Assembly (NCBI GenBank): GCA_050736615.1
Contig: JBOHWL010000192.1
Coordinates: 1,865 to 65,864 of the forward strand
Length of the DNA stretch: 64,000 bases
Direction of reading: 5' to 3'
DNA from: Candidatus Binataceae bacterium
GTDB taxonomy: Bacteria; Desulfobacterota; Binatia; Binatales; Binataceae
The position numbers were made by a program, and so were the translations under genes. The notes beneath the pieces were generated by a model. That model was given only the letters and a program-made list of their open reading frames with translations. It did no database searches and was not told where the DNA came from. This document shows positions 36,762 through 47,289 of the stretch, in pieces. Each line of letters starts with the position of its first letter. Position 1 is the stretch's first letter.

Positions 36762-39484
36762 TCTTTAAGCAGGGTGCGCTTGAGATTGGAGCCGGCCAAA
36801 TCGGTGTGCTGGTCGAGTGTCGCGTGCAAAACGTCAGCCCGATACATATTTGCCGCGCGTATCGAGGCGCCGCTCAGAATCGCCTTGTGCATCACCGCCT
36901 CGAACAGATTGGCGCCGTCTAAATTGCTTCCGCTGAGATCGCTGCGCGTCGTCCGCAGCCGCGACAAGTCAGCGCGCTGAAAATCAGCGCGCTTGAGATT
37001 CGCGCCGGAAAAATCCGCGTTCGCGGCTTTCGCTTCGACGAGCTTCGCTTCCTCCAAATTGGCATCGCGAAGACTCGCGCCTTCGATCCCGGCACGCGAG
37101 AAGTCCGCGCCGGGCAACGTGCTATTGATGGTGAAGACCAACTTTTCAGTTCGCACATCGGCAAAGCTCGCATGCGCAAGCTTTGAGTCGAGAAAACTGA
37201 CGCGGCGCATCTTAGCCCCTTCGAAGCCGACCGCGTTGAGCTGGTCGCGCAGAAACAACACCCGTTCCATTTCCGCGCGTGCGAATTTGGCGCCGCTGAA
37301 ATCGCTGTCGATGAAATTAATGTGTTCGAGGTGAGCGGCGGAGAAGTCCGCGTTCGACGGCTTGGCGCCGAGAAAATCGACCTTGTCCATCCGGGCGCCG
37401 GTAAAATCGGCGGCCGCCAGCACCGCGCCGGCCAGCGTCGCCCCGGTGAAATCCGCATCGTTAACCGTGGCGCCGGTAAAATCCGCTCCTCCCGCACAAC
37501 TGTTGTTCAACTTCGCATTCCCGAGTTTCGCTTTCACTAACCGCGCGCGGGCCAGCACCGCGCCGCTGAAATCCGCTCCGCCCAAATCGCTGTTGCTGAG
37601 GTTGGCCGCCTCCATCAGAGCCTCGCGGAAATCCGCGCCGCGCAGGTCCATCCCCGACAAGTCGGCGCCAGTCAGATCAACGCCGGCAAAACTCTTCCCC
37701 TGCTTACGATCCTCCGCGACGCGGGCTTTGACCGCCGCGGCGCGCTCGGCCGGCAACGGCATCACAGGTGGAAAATGATGGGCGAATTTCCGATACGTTT
37801 CGCGTAATCGTTGTTCCGCCTGCGTCAGCTTCTCCCGCAAATCCGGCTCGGCGAGCTGGCTGTCGATCTTTTCACTGGAAAGGCCGCGCGCCTTCAAACT
37901 TTGGCTGAGGGCCGCGAGTTGTTCGAGTTGCCGCGCGGCGCTGAATTTCGGCGGACCTCCCGCTTGAACTTTCGCCTGGGCGGCTAGCTGATCGTAGTCA
38001 ACGCCCAACTGCGTGCAGCGCGCCCGCGCTGCCTCCTCCGCCTGACGGAAGCGCGCCAGCGCGTCAGCTTTCGTGGCTTCGGCATCCGCGCGGATTTTGT
38101 CCAGGTCGAGATTCTCAAGGCTCACCGGTTCGGATTCCGGTGGCAGCGTCTGCGCCAGCGCCTCATCGATCTTGGATGTGTCGGGAGGCGGCAGATTGAG
38201 TTGCTGTGCCTGCTTCAGCATCGCCTCACGCCGTTCAAGGAGTTGGGCCTTCGCGCTCTCCAACCGCTTCTCGGCTCCCGCCCGCTGATGCTTGCGCAGC
38301 AGGCCTTTGGAAGCGATCAGGGCTTGGAGTTCATTCTCGTCCTCGGGAATCACGCCTGGTGGCACCCCTTGCTCCGGCGGCATCAGGTCGCTTTCACGCA
38401 TAACCGCGCGCATCGCGCGCACTCGATTCGCCCGGTCGAGACGCGCCGACAAAACCTCCTGATAGTGGGACGCGGGTTTGGGTTGTCCGGCGGCTTCGGC
38501 GCCCGCGATGATTTGCAGGACATCCGCCGCGTCGTCGGTATTGATCGCCGCAATCCCGCGAAACAGTACGACCGCTCGTTCAAGGTGCGGAAACAGCCAC
38601 AGCGTCTCCGGCACGGTGCGAATCTCCTCGAACGATTCGCCACCATCGACCTTGCGATTGATGAAACAGCGCATGGCTATATCCGTCACACGCGAACTGA
38701 CTAATGGCTTGGAGGGATGCATTCCAGAAATTTCAAAGCTTTCACCGCCCTGAAAAAACCTCTGGAGTTGCTGATCGGCCGGCGCCGCATTGAAAATCGC
38801 CCAGTCCATATCGGCGGCAAAACCGGGAAACCGCTCCGCGAACCACCGCGCGTCATATGTGCCGGTCTTGGAAAACCGCTGCGGCCAGATGAAATCGTAC
38901 GGCTCGAAACTGGCCGCCGCCGCCGGACGGTCGCCAGGCGATCCGATCAGATGCGCCGGATCCTCGATGTTGGGCAGCGGATGTGCCGTTAGGCCGTTTT
39001 TATCGGTCACCGGCGCGACGCCTTTGCCAATCGGATTTTGCGCATATGCGGCGCCGCCGAACGCGTTGCGCCAAGATATGTCCATCCGGGTGAAAGGCGC
39101 CGGCTCTGAAGGCGCGCCGCGCCGCCAAAAGCGATCGCCGAAGACGTAGAGCCGCTTATCAATTGAGCCAAGTTGAAAACGCACCTGCAAGGCCGGCGTC
39201 GGCCGGCCGGCCGGGGAAAAACATGCGCCCTTGATCAAAACCTCGCCGCGCGTTTTCGGCATACCCAGATCGAGTACGCCGTCTTTACCCAGTTCCGCCG
39301 CGATCGTTTTCCACATCGCGGCTTCGGGCAGCAGCCACTGGGGGTTTTCGAAGGGCAAGAACGCCGCGACAGTGGCCGCCAGATAACAGCGCTCGCCGTC
39401 CTGGTAGCTCCTGTACAGCAGCCCAAGCCGTTGTGGCTTTACGATCTTCATCAAGTCTTGTCCGGTGCGACCGATGCGCTTCAA
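36746..39484 (-). CDS. DUF2169-domain protein with C-terminal pentapeptide-repeat region
   Basis: N-terminal ~330 aa resemble DUF2169 (vgrG-linked adaptor family). The middle is a coiled-coil/charged region and the C-terminal ~300 aa are pentapeptide repeats. Confidence 0.7.
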   Translation of the reverse strand: MKRIGRTGQDLMKIVKPQRLGLLYRSYQDGERCYLAATVAAFLPFENPQWLLPEAAMWKTIAAELGKDGVLDLGMPKTRGEVLIKGACFSPAGRPTPALQVRFQLGSIDKRLYVFGDRFWRRGAPSEPAPFTRMDISWRNAFGGAAYAQNPIGKGVAPVTDKNGLTAHPLPNIEDPAHLIGSPGDRPAAAASFEPYDFIWPQRFSKTGTYDARWFAERFPGFAADMDWAIFNAAPADQQLQRFFQGGESFEISGMHPSKPLVSSRVTDIAMRCFINRKVDGGESFEEIRTVPETLWLFPHLERAVVLFRGIAAINTDDAADVLQIIAGAEAAGQPKPASHYQEVLSARLDRANRVRAMRAVMRESDLMPPEQGVPPGVIPEDENELQALIASKGLLRKHQRAGAEKRLESAKAQLLERREAMLKQAQQLNLPPPDTSKIDEALAQTLPPESEPVSLENLDLDKIRADAEATKADALARFRQAEEAARARCTQLGVDYDQLAAQAKVQAGGPPKFSAARQLEQLAALSQSLKARGLSSEKIDSQLAEPDLREKLTQAEQRLRETYRKFAHHFPPVMPLPAERAAAVKARVAEDRKQGKSFAGVDLTGADLSGMDLRGADFREALMEAANLSNSDLGGADFSGAVLARARLVKAKLGNAKLNNSCAGGADFTGATVNDADFTGATLAGAVLAAADFTGARMDKVDFLGAKPSNADFSAAHLEHINFIDSDFSGAKFARAEMERVLFLRDQLNAVGFEGAKMRRVSFLDSKLAHASFADVRTEKLVFTINSTLPGADFSRAGIEGASLRDANLEEAKLVEAKAANADFSGANLKRADFQRADLSRLRTTRSDLSGSNLDGANLFEAVMHKAILSGASIRAANMYRADVLHATLDQHTDLAGSNLKRTLLKDWKPR

Positions 39485-41865
39485 GCCATGATGTGTATGA
39501 CCGCGTCCTCAATCATGTTAATGCGACTCTCGATCCTCACAGCGCCGTCTTCAATATCATTGATGGAACTGCGGATATTCGTCACTTGAGTGCTAAGTCT
39601 GCTTATCGCGTTTTCGACCCTAATGCCGTTGGTGTAAATCTCGGGCCCGCCCTTTAGCGTAATCGTGGCGGCCAGCGCCGCTTCGAGACAGATCGCGAGT
39701 TTGAGATTCTCGTAGCCGCCAATAAACATATCCTGGTAGTTGCCTACGAAATTCAGCGATGTCAGACCGATATGGTTTTCGTTATGCGCTGCAATATACG
39801 TTTCGGTGGTGGCACCGTAATAGACATAATAATCGATATCCTTGACGATATGCTCGACCGGGCCCTCGAATACAACATTGCATTTGCCTGAGACCGTAAG
39901 TTCATAATCGCCGCCGACCGTGATGTTGTAATCTCCGCTGGTATTGGTCTTCAGATCGTTTCCAACGGTGAGCGCGATATCTTTCTGGGTGTTGAACTGG
40001 ACGTCGCCGGCTTCGGGCGCGCCGTAGGCGCTTTGCCGCGGATGTGGTCCGACGTTGGTGACCGCATAGCCGGTTATGTTCGATTGCTGGTTGCCCCCGA
40101 CGATTTGGGTTGAGTCATTGGAATTGGACTGGAAATAGTCGCCATTCTTCAGCGCCGAGGGCGGCTGCGAGTTCGGCCCGACCAGCGTCTGCAGGTATTC
40201 GCCGATCCGGATACGCCCGTTGCCGTTGGTGTTGATGACGATGTGATTGCCGGTAAGCGTGCCATCATCGCCTCGCGCTCCCCATGGCGGACCGCCTTGC
40301 GTCGCACTCGTCACCGCGCCCAACGCGATATAGGTATCCTGCGTGGGAGTCCGCAGGGTGATATTTTGCGCGCCCTCCTGGTCTTCCATCCACAGCAAAT
40401 TGCCGCCGCCGGTATAAAGTACGTTCTGGGTCGAGTTGCCACTGGTGACCATGTTGGGATTGTCGGAATTCGGCACGGTGTTCACGATCACCGGACGGTC
40501 GGGGTCGCCGTCGATAAACGCAAGCAACACCTCCGCGCCTTTGCGCAATGGGAAATGCATGCCTGAGCGTGGGTCCGAATAGGGTGTCGCCAGCCTGATC
40601 CAGGCCGACGCCTTCTGCGCCGGCTTGTCGGTCTTGTCGAACGGCAACTGCACTTTGTAACGTCCGTATTGGTCAACTTCGGCGTATTGGCCGCTGCCTT
40701 CCGCGTCGATAAACCCGTTCATCACGCCATCCATGCGCGGCCACGGCGTCGTTCGCGCCGGCCGGAACTGGACGTCCGCGGCGATCGCGCTGAACTCGTT
40801 GCGATAAAACGGCTCGTCCTGCTCGCCGGACAATCCGCTGATACCCAAACCCGCCAACAGCACGGCGGTTTGCGAGCCCTTGTGACTAATCTCCAACGGC
40901 AGATAGTGCGTGTTGAAGGCCGAGCGGAAATGCCGCGCCAAAGAGAAGAAAACTCCGCTGCGCATTCCAATCGCGGTGCTCTCGCCATGGAACACCCGCC
41001 CGTGCCATGCGATTTCCTGCGCGCGCAGCTTCGCCACCCGTTCCGCTTCCGCTTGCGTATCGACATTTTCGCCGTAGAGAATGACTTCACCCACGCCGCC
41101 CGGCGAGACCGGCGCGCTTTGCGAAATGTTGAGCGCGGCCTTTTGATAATTGTAATCCTTGACCATCACGGTCGCCGGTAACGGTTGCTGCTGGCACACG
41201 AGCGCCTGCACCGCATCATCGGTCACGTGGGTATCCAAATCCGCGGCCGGCCGATAATTGAGTTTCAACTCCGGCGCGGTCTGAAAGCTCAGAGCGTCGG
41301 TGATAATCAGCTTCTCCCGTTCCGCGCCGGATTCGAAGTAGTAATAGACGCCGTCGCGCTCCATCAGCCGGCTGATAAAAGCCAGATAGGTTTCCTGGTA
41401 TTGGCACACGTAGGGCCATACGCGATATGAGCTTGACAGCCGTATTTCGTAGTCCAGACTGGTCAGTCCGCCCGCCCGCAGAATCTCCTCGATTAACTGC
41501 GGAATGGTCCGTTCCAGGTACACTTCCGACAGGTAAGTCTGCGACAACAGCCACAGCTTCGGTTCAAGCCGCGCTTCGTAAAAGACATACTGATCGACTT
41601 TGCGCGATTGTTCGAAACGAGTGACGATGCCGCGATATTCGCCACTCGCGCCGGACCCCTCGCCTCCACGGATCTTCAGAGTGGCGTCTTTATACAGCAC
41701 CGCCTCAAGATCGATATCAGCGCTGGCGGCGACCAGCGTCACGGCGAATTCGTACGGACGCGACAGGCCCTCTTTGCCGCTGATACTGACTACCGTGAAG
41801 GTGTCGGACGCGAGCGCCGAGGAATGAAATTCATAATGCCGCTCCGCGATTTGATTATCCGCCAT
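39481..41865 (-). CDS. vgrG: type VI secretion system spike protein VgrG (TssI)
   Basis: gp27/gp5-like domains at 794 aa. No extended C-terminal effector domain is present. Confidence 0.9.
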   Translation of the reverse strand: MADNQIAERHYEFHSSALASDTFTVVSISGKEGLSRPYEFAVTLVAASADIDLEAVLYKDATLKIRGGEGSGASGEYRGIVTRFEQSRKVDQYVFYEARLEPKLWLLSQTYLSEVYLERTIPQLIEEILRAGGLTSLDYEIRLSSSYRVWPYVCQYQETYLAFISRLMERDGVYYYFESGAEREKLIITDALSFQTAPELKLNYRPAADLDTHVTDDAVQALVCQQQPLPATVMVKDYNYQKAALNISQSAPVSPGGVGEVILYGENVDTQAEAERVAKLRAQEIAWHGRVFHGESTAIGMRSGVFFSLARHFRSAFNTHYLPLEISHKGSQTAVLLAGLGISGLSGEQDEPFYRNEFSAIAADVQFRPARTTPWPRMDGVMNGFIDAEGSGQYAEVDQYGRYKVQLPFDKTDKPAQKASAWIRLATPYSDPRSGMHFPLRKGAEVLLAFIDGDPDRPVIVNTVPNSDNPNMVTSGNSTQNVLYTGGGNLLWMEDQEGAQNITLRTPTQDTYIALGAVTSATQGGPPWGARGDDGTLTGNHIVINTNGNGRIRIGEYLQTLVGPNSQPPSALKNGDYFQSNSNDSTQIVGGNQQSNITGYAVTNVGPHPRQSAYGAPEAGDVQFNTQKDIALTVGNDLKTNTSGDYNITVGGDYELTVSGKCNVVFEGPVEHIVKDIDYYVYYGATTETYIAAHNENHIGLTSLNFVGNYQDMFIGGYENLKLAICLEAALAATITLKGGPEIYTNGIRVENAISRLSTQVTNIRSSINDIEDGAVRIESRINMIEDAVIHIMA

Positions 41866-41894
41866 TGGTCAATCCCACCGTGCCTTGAAACTTT

Positions 41895-44513
41895 CTACTG
41901 TGTGAATGCGACCTTGAAATCCCCGTCCGGCGCCATCTCGAGCGATACGGCGGCGGGCGCTTGCCCTTCGCCGATCCGCGCCAGAATCTCCTGCGACATC
42001 TTGGGCATCACGCCGATGGTCAAAATAAAATCGATATTACGCGCGCCGGTCTCGACCTCGGTGCAGCGCGCCGCGATTTGCGCCACCACCTCGTCAGTGT
42101 AATTCAGCTTGATCCGCTGATTGGCGGCCAGTCGCTGCGCCAATTTATCCAGCTTTAATCTGACAATGCCCTGCATCGCACCGGCCGCCAGCAGGTAATA
42201 TGGCACAATAGTCATTCGCGCCAGCAGCGCCGGTTTAAAATGATTACTCAGTATTGGCCGGATCGCGTCCGTCACGGTCGTGCCGGCGGGAATCGGATCG
42301 GCGCGGCAAAGCTCGGTAATCACGTCGCTGGCGAGATTGCTGGTGAGAAACAACACCGTATTCTTAAAATCAACCGCGCGCCCCTCACCGTCGGACAGGA
42401 CGCCTTTGTCGAAAACCTCGTAGAACAGGTTGAGCACGTCGAGGTGCGCTTTTTCAGCTTCGTCGAGCAGCACCGTCGCATAAGGACGCTGACGCACCGC
42501 CTCGGTGAGCACCCCGCCCTCGCCGTAGCCAACGTAGCCGGGCGGTGAGCCGACCAAGCGGGAGACCGTATGCTTTTCCTGGAATTCGCTCATGTTGAGC
42601 GTGACCAGCGAATGCTCGCCGCCGAAAAGCAGGTCCGCGACCGCGAGCGCGGTTTCGGTCTTGCCCACTCCGCTCGGGCCCGCCAGCAGAAACACGCCCA
42701 ACGGTTGCGCCGGGTCCTTGAGGCCCGATTTGGCCGACTTGACCACCCGGGCGATCAAATCGAGCGCCTGATCTTGCCCCTTCACGCGCGTTTTGAGGTT
42801 GTCGGCGAGGTTCAGCACGCCACGAGCCTGATCGCGCATCACCTTGCCCAGCGGAATGCCGGTCCAATCCGAGACCACCTTGGCCACCACGTCCGGATCG
42901 ACCTCGAGCCGTAATAAAGGTGAGCCGCCGCCGGCGCGCGCGTAGCCTTCGGCAGCCGCCTTGAGTTCGCGCGCGGCCGCGTCGCGCTCTTTTCCAGCGC
43001 CATTGAGGGCCGCGACTCGCCCGCGCGCTTCAATCACTTTTTGCGCGGCGGTCTGTTCCGTTTGCCAGCGCTCACGTAGGCCGGCCGCCGCCTTACTCAG
43101 CTCCTCGGCTTTTTGCCCGATCTCTTCGAGGCGGCGGCCGTCGACTTCCTGGCCGTTGTCGCGATCGCGTTCGAGCGCATGCCGCTCACGCTCGAGCGAC
43201 TCGAGATGCCGTTCGCAATCGTCAAGCGCGTCGGGTTTGGCGGTCAGACTGACGCGGACTCGCGCGGCGCTGGTATCGAGCAGGTCCACCGCCTTGTCCG
43301 GAAGCTGGCGCCCGCTGATATAACGGTTGGCCAAATCGGCGGCGGCCACAATCGCGTCGTCGCGCACGATCACGCCATGGGCCTGTTCATATTTTTCTTT
43401 CAGGCCCCGCAGAATTTCCACCGACGTGTCAACCGAAGGCTCGTCGAGCTTGACCAACTGAAAGCGGCGCGCCAGCGCGGCGTCCTTTTCGAAATATTTT
43501 TTGTACTCCGACCAGGTGGTGGCCGCGATGGTGCGCAATTCACCGCGCGCCAGCGCGGGTTTGAGCAGATTGGCCGCATCACCTCCGCCCGCCTGCCCGC
43601 CCGCACCGATTAGCGTATGGGCCTCGTCAATAAAAAGAATAATTGGCTTGGCCGAGCCTTTGATTTCAGTGATGACCGATTTGAGCCGATTTTCGAATTC
43701 GCCGCGAACACCCGCGCCTGCTTGCAGCAGACCCATGTCCAGCCCGAGCACCGTCACGCCGCGCAGGAAATCGGGAATGTCGTCGCGCACCACGCGCAGG
43801 GCGAGTCCTTCGACCACCGCGGTCTTGCCCACGCCCGGGTCGCCGACGCAAATCGGGTTATTCTTGCGGCGGCGCGCAAGAATATCGATCATTTGGCGGA
43901 TTTCCTGGTCGCGTCCGAACACCGGATCGATCGCACCCTCGCGTGCGCGCGCCGTAAAATCCATACAGAAGCGCGCCAGCGCCGTGCCGCCGCCGTCAAC
44001 CGCCGTCGCGGCGCTGGCGGAGCCAGCCGCTTTGACCGCTTCGAGCGACTCTCTGGTGACCGCGAAAAACTCGGCCATGATCCGTTCGCGGTTAAGCCCT
44101 CGCAGCAAATCAACATACGCGCCCGAGGCAAAGAATGACGCGCGCGCCAGCAACGCCAACAGCATCGCGCCCGAGCGGATTCGATCGGCGCCGAGATCGA
44201 TCGAGCTCAGCACCCAGGCGTCCTGCACCCATTCCAGCAATAGCGGCGAAAATACCGGTTTGGCGCCATTGCCGGTGCGAAAATCCTCAATCGCGCGGTT
44301 CACCGCCGCTTGCATCCGCGCGCCCTCGATTCCTTGTTTGCCCAGAATCAGATTAAGGTCGCAACGCGCGTCGGCGAGCAAAGCGCTCAAAAAATGCTCG
44401 ACCGTGATCTCGTAATTGGTTCGCGAGAGGCACGCGCCGGCGGCATTTTCAAGCGCACGGGTGCTATACGGATTAAGCCGCGCCACCAGCCCCTTGAGGT
44501 CCGCAAGAATCAT
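41895..44513 (-). CDS. clpV: type VI secretion system ATPase TssH (ClpV)
   Basis: Two AAA+ modules (GDPGVGKT, GPSGVGKT) with a Clp N-domain. Confidence 0.95.
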   Translation of the reverse strand: MILADLKGLVARLNPYSTRALENAAGACLSRTNYEITVEHFLSALLADARCDLNLILGKQGIEGARMQAAVNRAIEDFRTGNGAKPVFSPLLLEWVQDAWVLSSIDLGADRIRSGAMLLALLARASFFASGAYVDLLRGLNRERIMAEFFAVTRESLEAVKAAGSASAATAVDGGGTALARFCMDFTARAREGAIDPVFGRDQEIRQMIDILARRRKNNPICVGDPGVGKTAVVEGLALRVVRDDIPDFLRGVTVLGLDMGLLQAGAGVRGEFENRLKSVITEIKGSAKPIILFIDEAHTLIGAGGQAGGGDAANLLKPALARGELRTIAATTWSEYKKYFEKDAALARRFQLVKLDEPSVDTSVEILRGLKEKYEQAHGVIVRDDAIVAAADLANRYISGRQLPDKAVDLLDTSAARVRVSLTAKPDALDDCERHLESLERERHALERDRDNGQEVDGRRLEEIGQKAEELSKAAAGLRERWQTEQTAAQKVIEARGRVAALNGAGKERDAAARELKAAAEGYARAGGGSPLLRLEVDPDVVAKVVSDWTGIPLGKVMRDQARGVLNLADNLKTRVKGQDQALDLIARVVKSAKSGLKDPAQPLGVFLLAGPSGVGKTETALAVADLLFGGEHSLVTLNMSEFQEKHTVSRLVGSPPGYVGYGEGGVLTEAVRQRPYATVLLDEAEKAHLDVLNLFYEVFDKGVLSDGEGRAVDFKNTVLFLTSNLASDVITELCRADPIPAGTTVTDAIRPILSNHFKPALLARMTIVPYYLLAAGAMQGIVRLKLDKLAQRLAANQRIKLNYTDEVVAQIAARCTEVETGARNIDFILTIGVMPKMSQEILARIGEGQAPAAVSLEMAPDGDFKVAFTQ

Positions 44514-44605
44514 CGGTTAGCCAAGCCGCTCCCAAACCGGATGGCGGCTTGGTTCCATTGCAGCCCGCCGTGCGCCTATCCACAATCCAGATGAAATTCC
44601 GCTTT

Positions 44606-45583
44606 TCATAATTCAAACCGCGCCGTAACGCCGTCATGGGGCTGTTCGGAGAGCAGCCACGTATCCAATCCCAGGCTCAACGGACGTTCTCCTCCCAGAC
44701 TCAGCGGCGGCGCCTCGCCGGCCGCGAGCAACAATTCCATTTCGCATCGCAGCGGGCTCACCAGATAAAACGTGATCATAAATTCAAGCGCCTTATGCAG
44801 CGCGCCACCCGGGCTGAGCCGGGCGAACAGTTCACGCCCAAGCGGACCGATGCGGATCAGCACCGTCGCCATACGATCATCGATCTCGGCGCCCAGATAT
44901 TGATCCTCGCCGAGCTTCATCCGCTGCTCGCCGATCACCATCCGTTGATCGGAGGGAATCGGGATGCGCCGCAATTCACACTGGCCAACCGCCACTGGCA
45001 CGCCAAGAAAATCCGCGAGCAAGGCTTTGAGTCCCAGAGCGCAACGTGGAAACTGGGAGAACAAGCCGAGATACCGCATCAGCGCCGCCGTGTATGGAAC
45101 ATCCTGGCGCAAAGAGCGCTCGCCCAGGCCGATCAGCAGTCCCAGTTCATTATCGAAGGTCTCGTCGCGTTCTTCGCGCACACGCACGACGGCGCGATAG
45201 CGGCACCAGGTCAGATAGAGCAAGGGATAGAGGACGTTATGAATGATGTCGAGGAAGTCACGGACGGCGCCGCGTTCCTCACGCGCCTCGTCGATGAGGT
45301 CTTCCGTGTAAAAGGTCGGTAGCGGCGAAGACGTTCCATAGAGCGCGAGAAAATTCGGCTCGAGCGTATAGCCATTCGTGCCGGTAATCGCGTTAAGGTC
45401 GGATTCGGGGAAGGCCAGACTCAAATTGGGGCGGAACCGCAGCGAAGCGCCATTGGCCGCGCCGCCGTCCATACGGCGGAGCAGCCGCAGCAGCCGCACG
45501 GCCTGAAAATAGTCATAGGACCGCCCTTGGCGCAGCAAGTCCTCGCTTAGAGCAGCGGCTGTTGTCCGATCCTCTCCGGCCAT
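44606..45583 (-). CDS. tssG: type VI secretion system baseplate protein TssG
   Basis: YDYFQAVRLL N-terminal motif. The ORF maximum extends to 45634 and would overlap tssF by 88 bp; the internal Met at 45583 is the likelier start. Confidence 0.8.
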   Translation of the reverse strand: MAGEDRTTAAALSEDLLRQGRSYDYFQAVRLLRLLRRMDGGAANGASLRFRPNLSLAFPESDLNAITGTNGYTLEPNFLALYGTSSPLPTFYTEDLIDEAREERGAVRDFLDIIHNVLYPLLYLTWCRYRAVVRVREERDETFDNELGLLIGLGERSLRQDVPYTAALMRYLGLFSQFPRCALGLKALLADFLGVPVAVGQCELRRIPIPSDQRMVIGEQRMKLGEDQYLGAEIDDRMATVLIRIGPLGRELFARLSPGGALHKALEFMITFYLVSPLRCEMELLLAAGEAPPLSLGGERPLSLGLDTWLLSEQPHDGVTARFEL

Positions 45584-47289
45584 TGGTACTTGTCCCCGCT
45601 CAACAGCTCTTCCAACCCAAAGCGCGTGTAGCAATTGATCGCGGCATAATCACTTAAAAACTCATTGAGTATACATCCGAACAAATAGAGATCCCCGCGA
45701 CAGGCAAAATAATCCTGACGGCATTTGAGAATTATATTCTGGCCGCGCATCAGCGCGCCGCTGACGATGCGGCTCCCCGCCCGCACTTCCATTTCCTGCA
45801 AGCCCTCGATCCGCCGGCGATTGGCGATTGCCGCGTCCTCCCCCTGCGCCTGCGCGAATATATAGAGATTGAGCAGCGATTTCAGATTGGGCGCGTTTGC
45901 GATACTGAGGTAATTGAGCGCCAGATGGGAAAGTATCCGCGTCAGCAACGCCTCTCCCATCGGCGGATTGAGCGGCGGCGTGGGCGGCATGATATTGGCA
46001 AATACCAGCCGCTCGGGAGAGGTGTCGGTCGGCCGTGAAATGTCGCCGATGCCGAGGCTGACCGGCAGCACGCCGTTGGTACAGGTCAAGCGTACCGACA
46101 GGATTTCCGGTTGGGGCACGCGTTGGGGCTGGTAGGCGATACTCAGATAGGATTCCAGGCCACGGCCTATATTCGCGAGCCGCGTCACCACCTGGTAAAC
46201 CGTCATCTCGTCATCTTCGGCCGCGGCGCCGTCGCCGCGGAACAATCCCAAAGGCGTATAAACCCGCGGCGCGCTCACCCCCGGTTGGCGGCCCGTTACC
46301 TCGTCGACCGAGAAGATCTGGTAGTGCGTCCGTTGACGGCCCGCCGGCAGCAGTCGATACTCACTTGCGCGATGATCGAGCGATACCGGCTCGGCCTCGG
46401 CATTGAACAAATTGATCGCGGGCGTGGCGTTGAGCACGAAGGCTTCGGGACGCACCGGACCCATCCAGCCCGGCAATTCCTTCAGCATGAAATCGAGCGT
46501 GAACTGAGTGCTTTTGCCCCGATTGCGCCAATGTTCGAGCCCGCCGATTTCAACGAATAGAAATTTTTGCGGCAGCACGAAATATTCTTCGAGCAGGCGG
46601 TACCCCGGGTACGCATGCGGCGGATAGGGAATCAGCGTGTCCTCGTCAGCGAAACCTACCGGACGCAGCGCCGCCGCCGGCAACAGCGCCGCTTCGCCGC
46701 CGGGCGCCGCCACCATGATTCCCGTGAGATATTGACGCAGCAGCAAGTAAAGATTCGTGGCTTCGGTAATTTCGCCGGCCAGATGGAGCCTCAGCGCCGT
46801 GGCCCTCAGCGTGCCGACATCGCCCACATCCAACGCGAAGGTGAGCCGAAGGCGCGGTTGAGTTCCCGCATCCGCGATTACGCGAGTATCGCGCAACGTG
46901 ATCGGTTGAACCTCGACCGGATAGCAGGTGCGAAAGACGCAGGCGGTACCATCAACCGGGTTTGACGCGAGTTCGACTCCGGCCGCCACTTTGGCCGGCT
47001 CGTTCAGCCTTCCCTTGGGATTGAAAGTGACAATCGTACAAGACGGTATCACGCGAATATAATGCGGAAAAATCATGTTTCCCAAACTCTGGATGAATTC
47101 GGGAAATTCACGATCAAGGCGCTGCCGGATGAGCCCCGCGAGAAACGCCACGCCTTCCAATACCCGTTCGACATCCGGGTCCGAGCTGGGGCCGGCCAGC
47201 ATCGGCGCCAGCGCGGGATGGGCATGGGAAAACTCCGCCGCGAGCTGGCGCAGATGGCCGAGTTCTTCTTCGTAATACCGATTCAGCAT
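45547..47289 (-). CDS. tssF: type VI secretion system baseplate protein TssF
   Basis: MLNRYYEEELGHLRQLAAEF N-terminus at 580 aa. Confidence 0.9.
   Translation of the reverse strand: MLNRYYEEELGHLRQLAAEFSHAHPALAPMLAGPSSDPDVERVLEGVAFLAGLIRQRLDREFPEFIQSLGNMIFPHYIRVIPSCTIVTFNPKGRLNEPAKVAAGVELASNPVDGTACVFRTCYPVEVQPITLRDTRVIADAGTQPRLRLTFALDVGDVGTLRATALRLHLAGEITEATNLYLLLRQYLTGIMVAAPGGEAALLPAAALRPVGFADEDTLIPYPPHAYPGYRLLEEYFVLPQKFLFVEIGGLEHWRNRGKSTQFTLDFMLKELPGWMGPVRPEAFVLNATPAINLFNAEAEPVSLDHRASEYRLLPAGRQRTHYQIFSVDEVTGRQPGVSAPRVYTPLGLFRGDGAAAEDDEMTVYQVVTRLANIGRGLESYLSIAYQPQRVPQPEILSVRLTCTNGVLPVSLGIGDISRPTDTSPERLVFANIMPPTPPLNPPMGEALLTRILSHLALNYLSIANAPNLKSLLNLYIFAQAQGEDAAIANRRRIEGLQEMEVRAGSRIVSGALMRGQNIILKCRQDYFACRGDLYLFGCILNEFLSDYAAINCYTRFGLEELLSGDKYQWPERIGQQPLL

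Noticed and set aside
36919-37778. Alternative-frame ORFs (36919..37497 -, 37362..37778 +) within the DUF2169/pentapeptide gene.
   Set aside because: Artifacts of the repetitive pentapeptide-coding DNA. Their products are Ser/Ala/Arg-rich with no independent signal.
44606-45634. An 88-bp tssF/tssG overlap as a possible programmed frameshift or fusion.
   Set aside because: An internal Met at 45583 gives a conventional TssG N-terminus, and short overlaps are common in this operon. A simple start mis-call is more likely.
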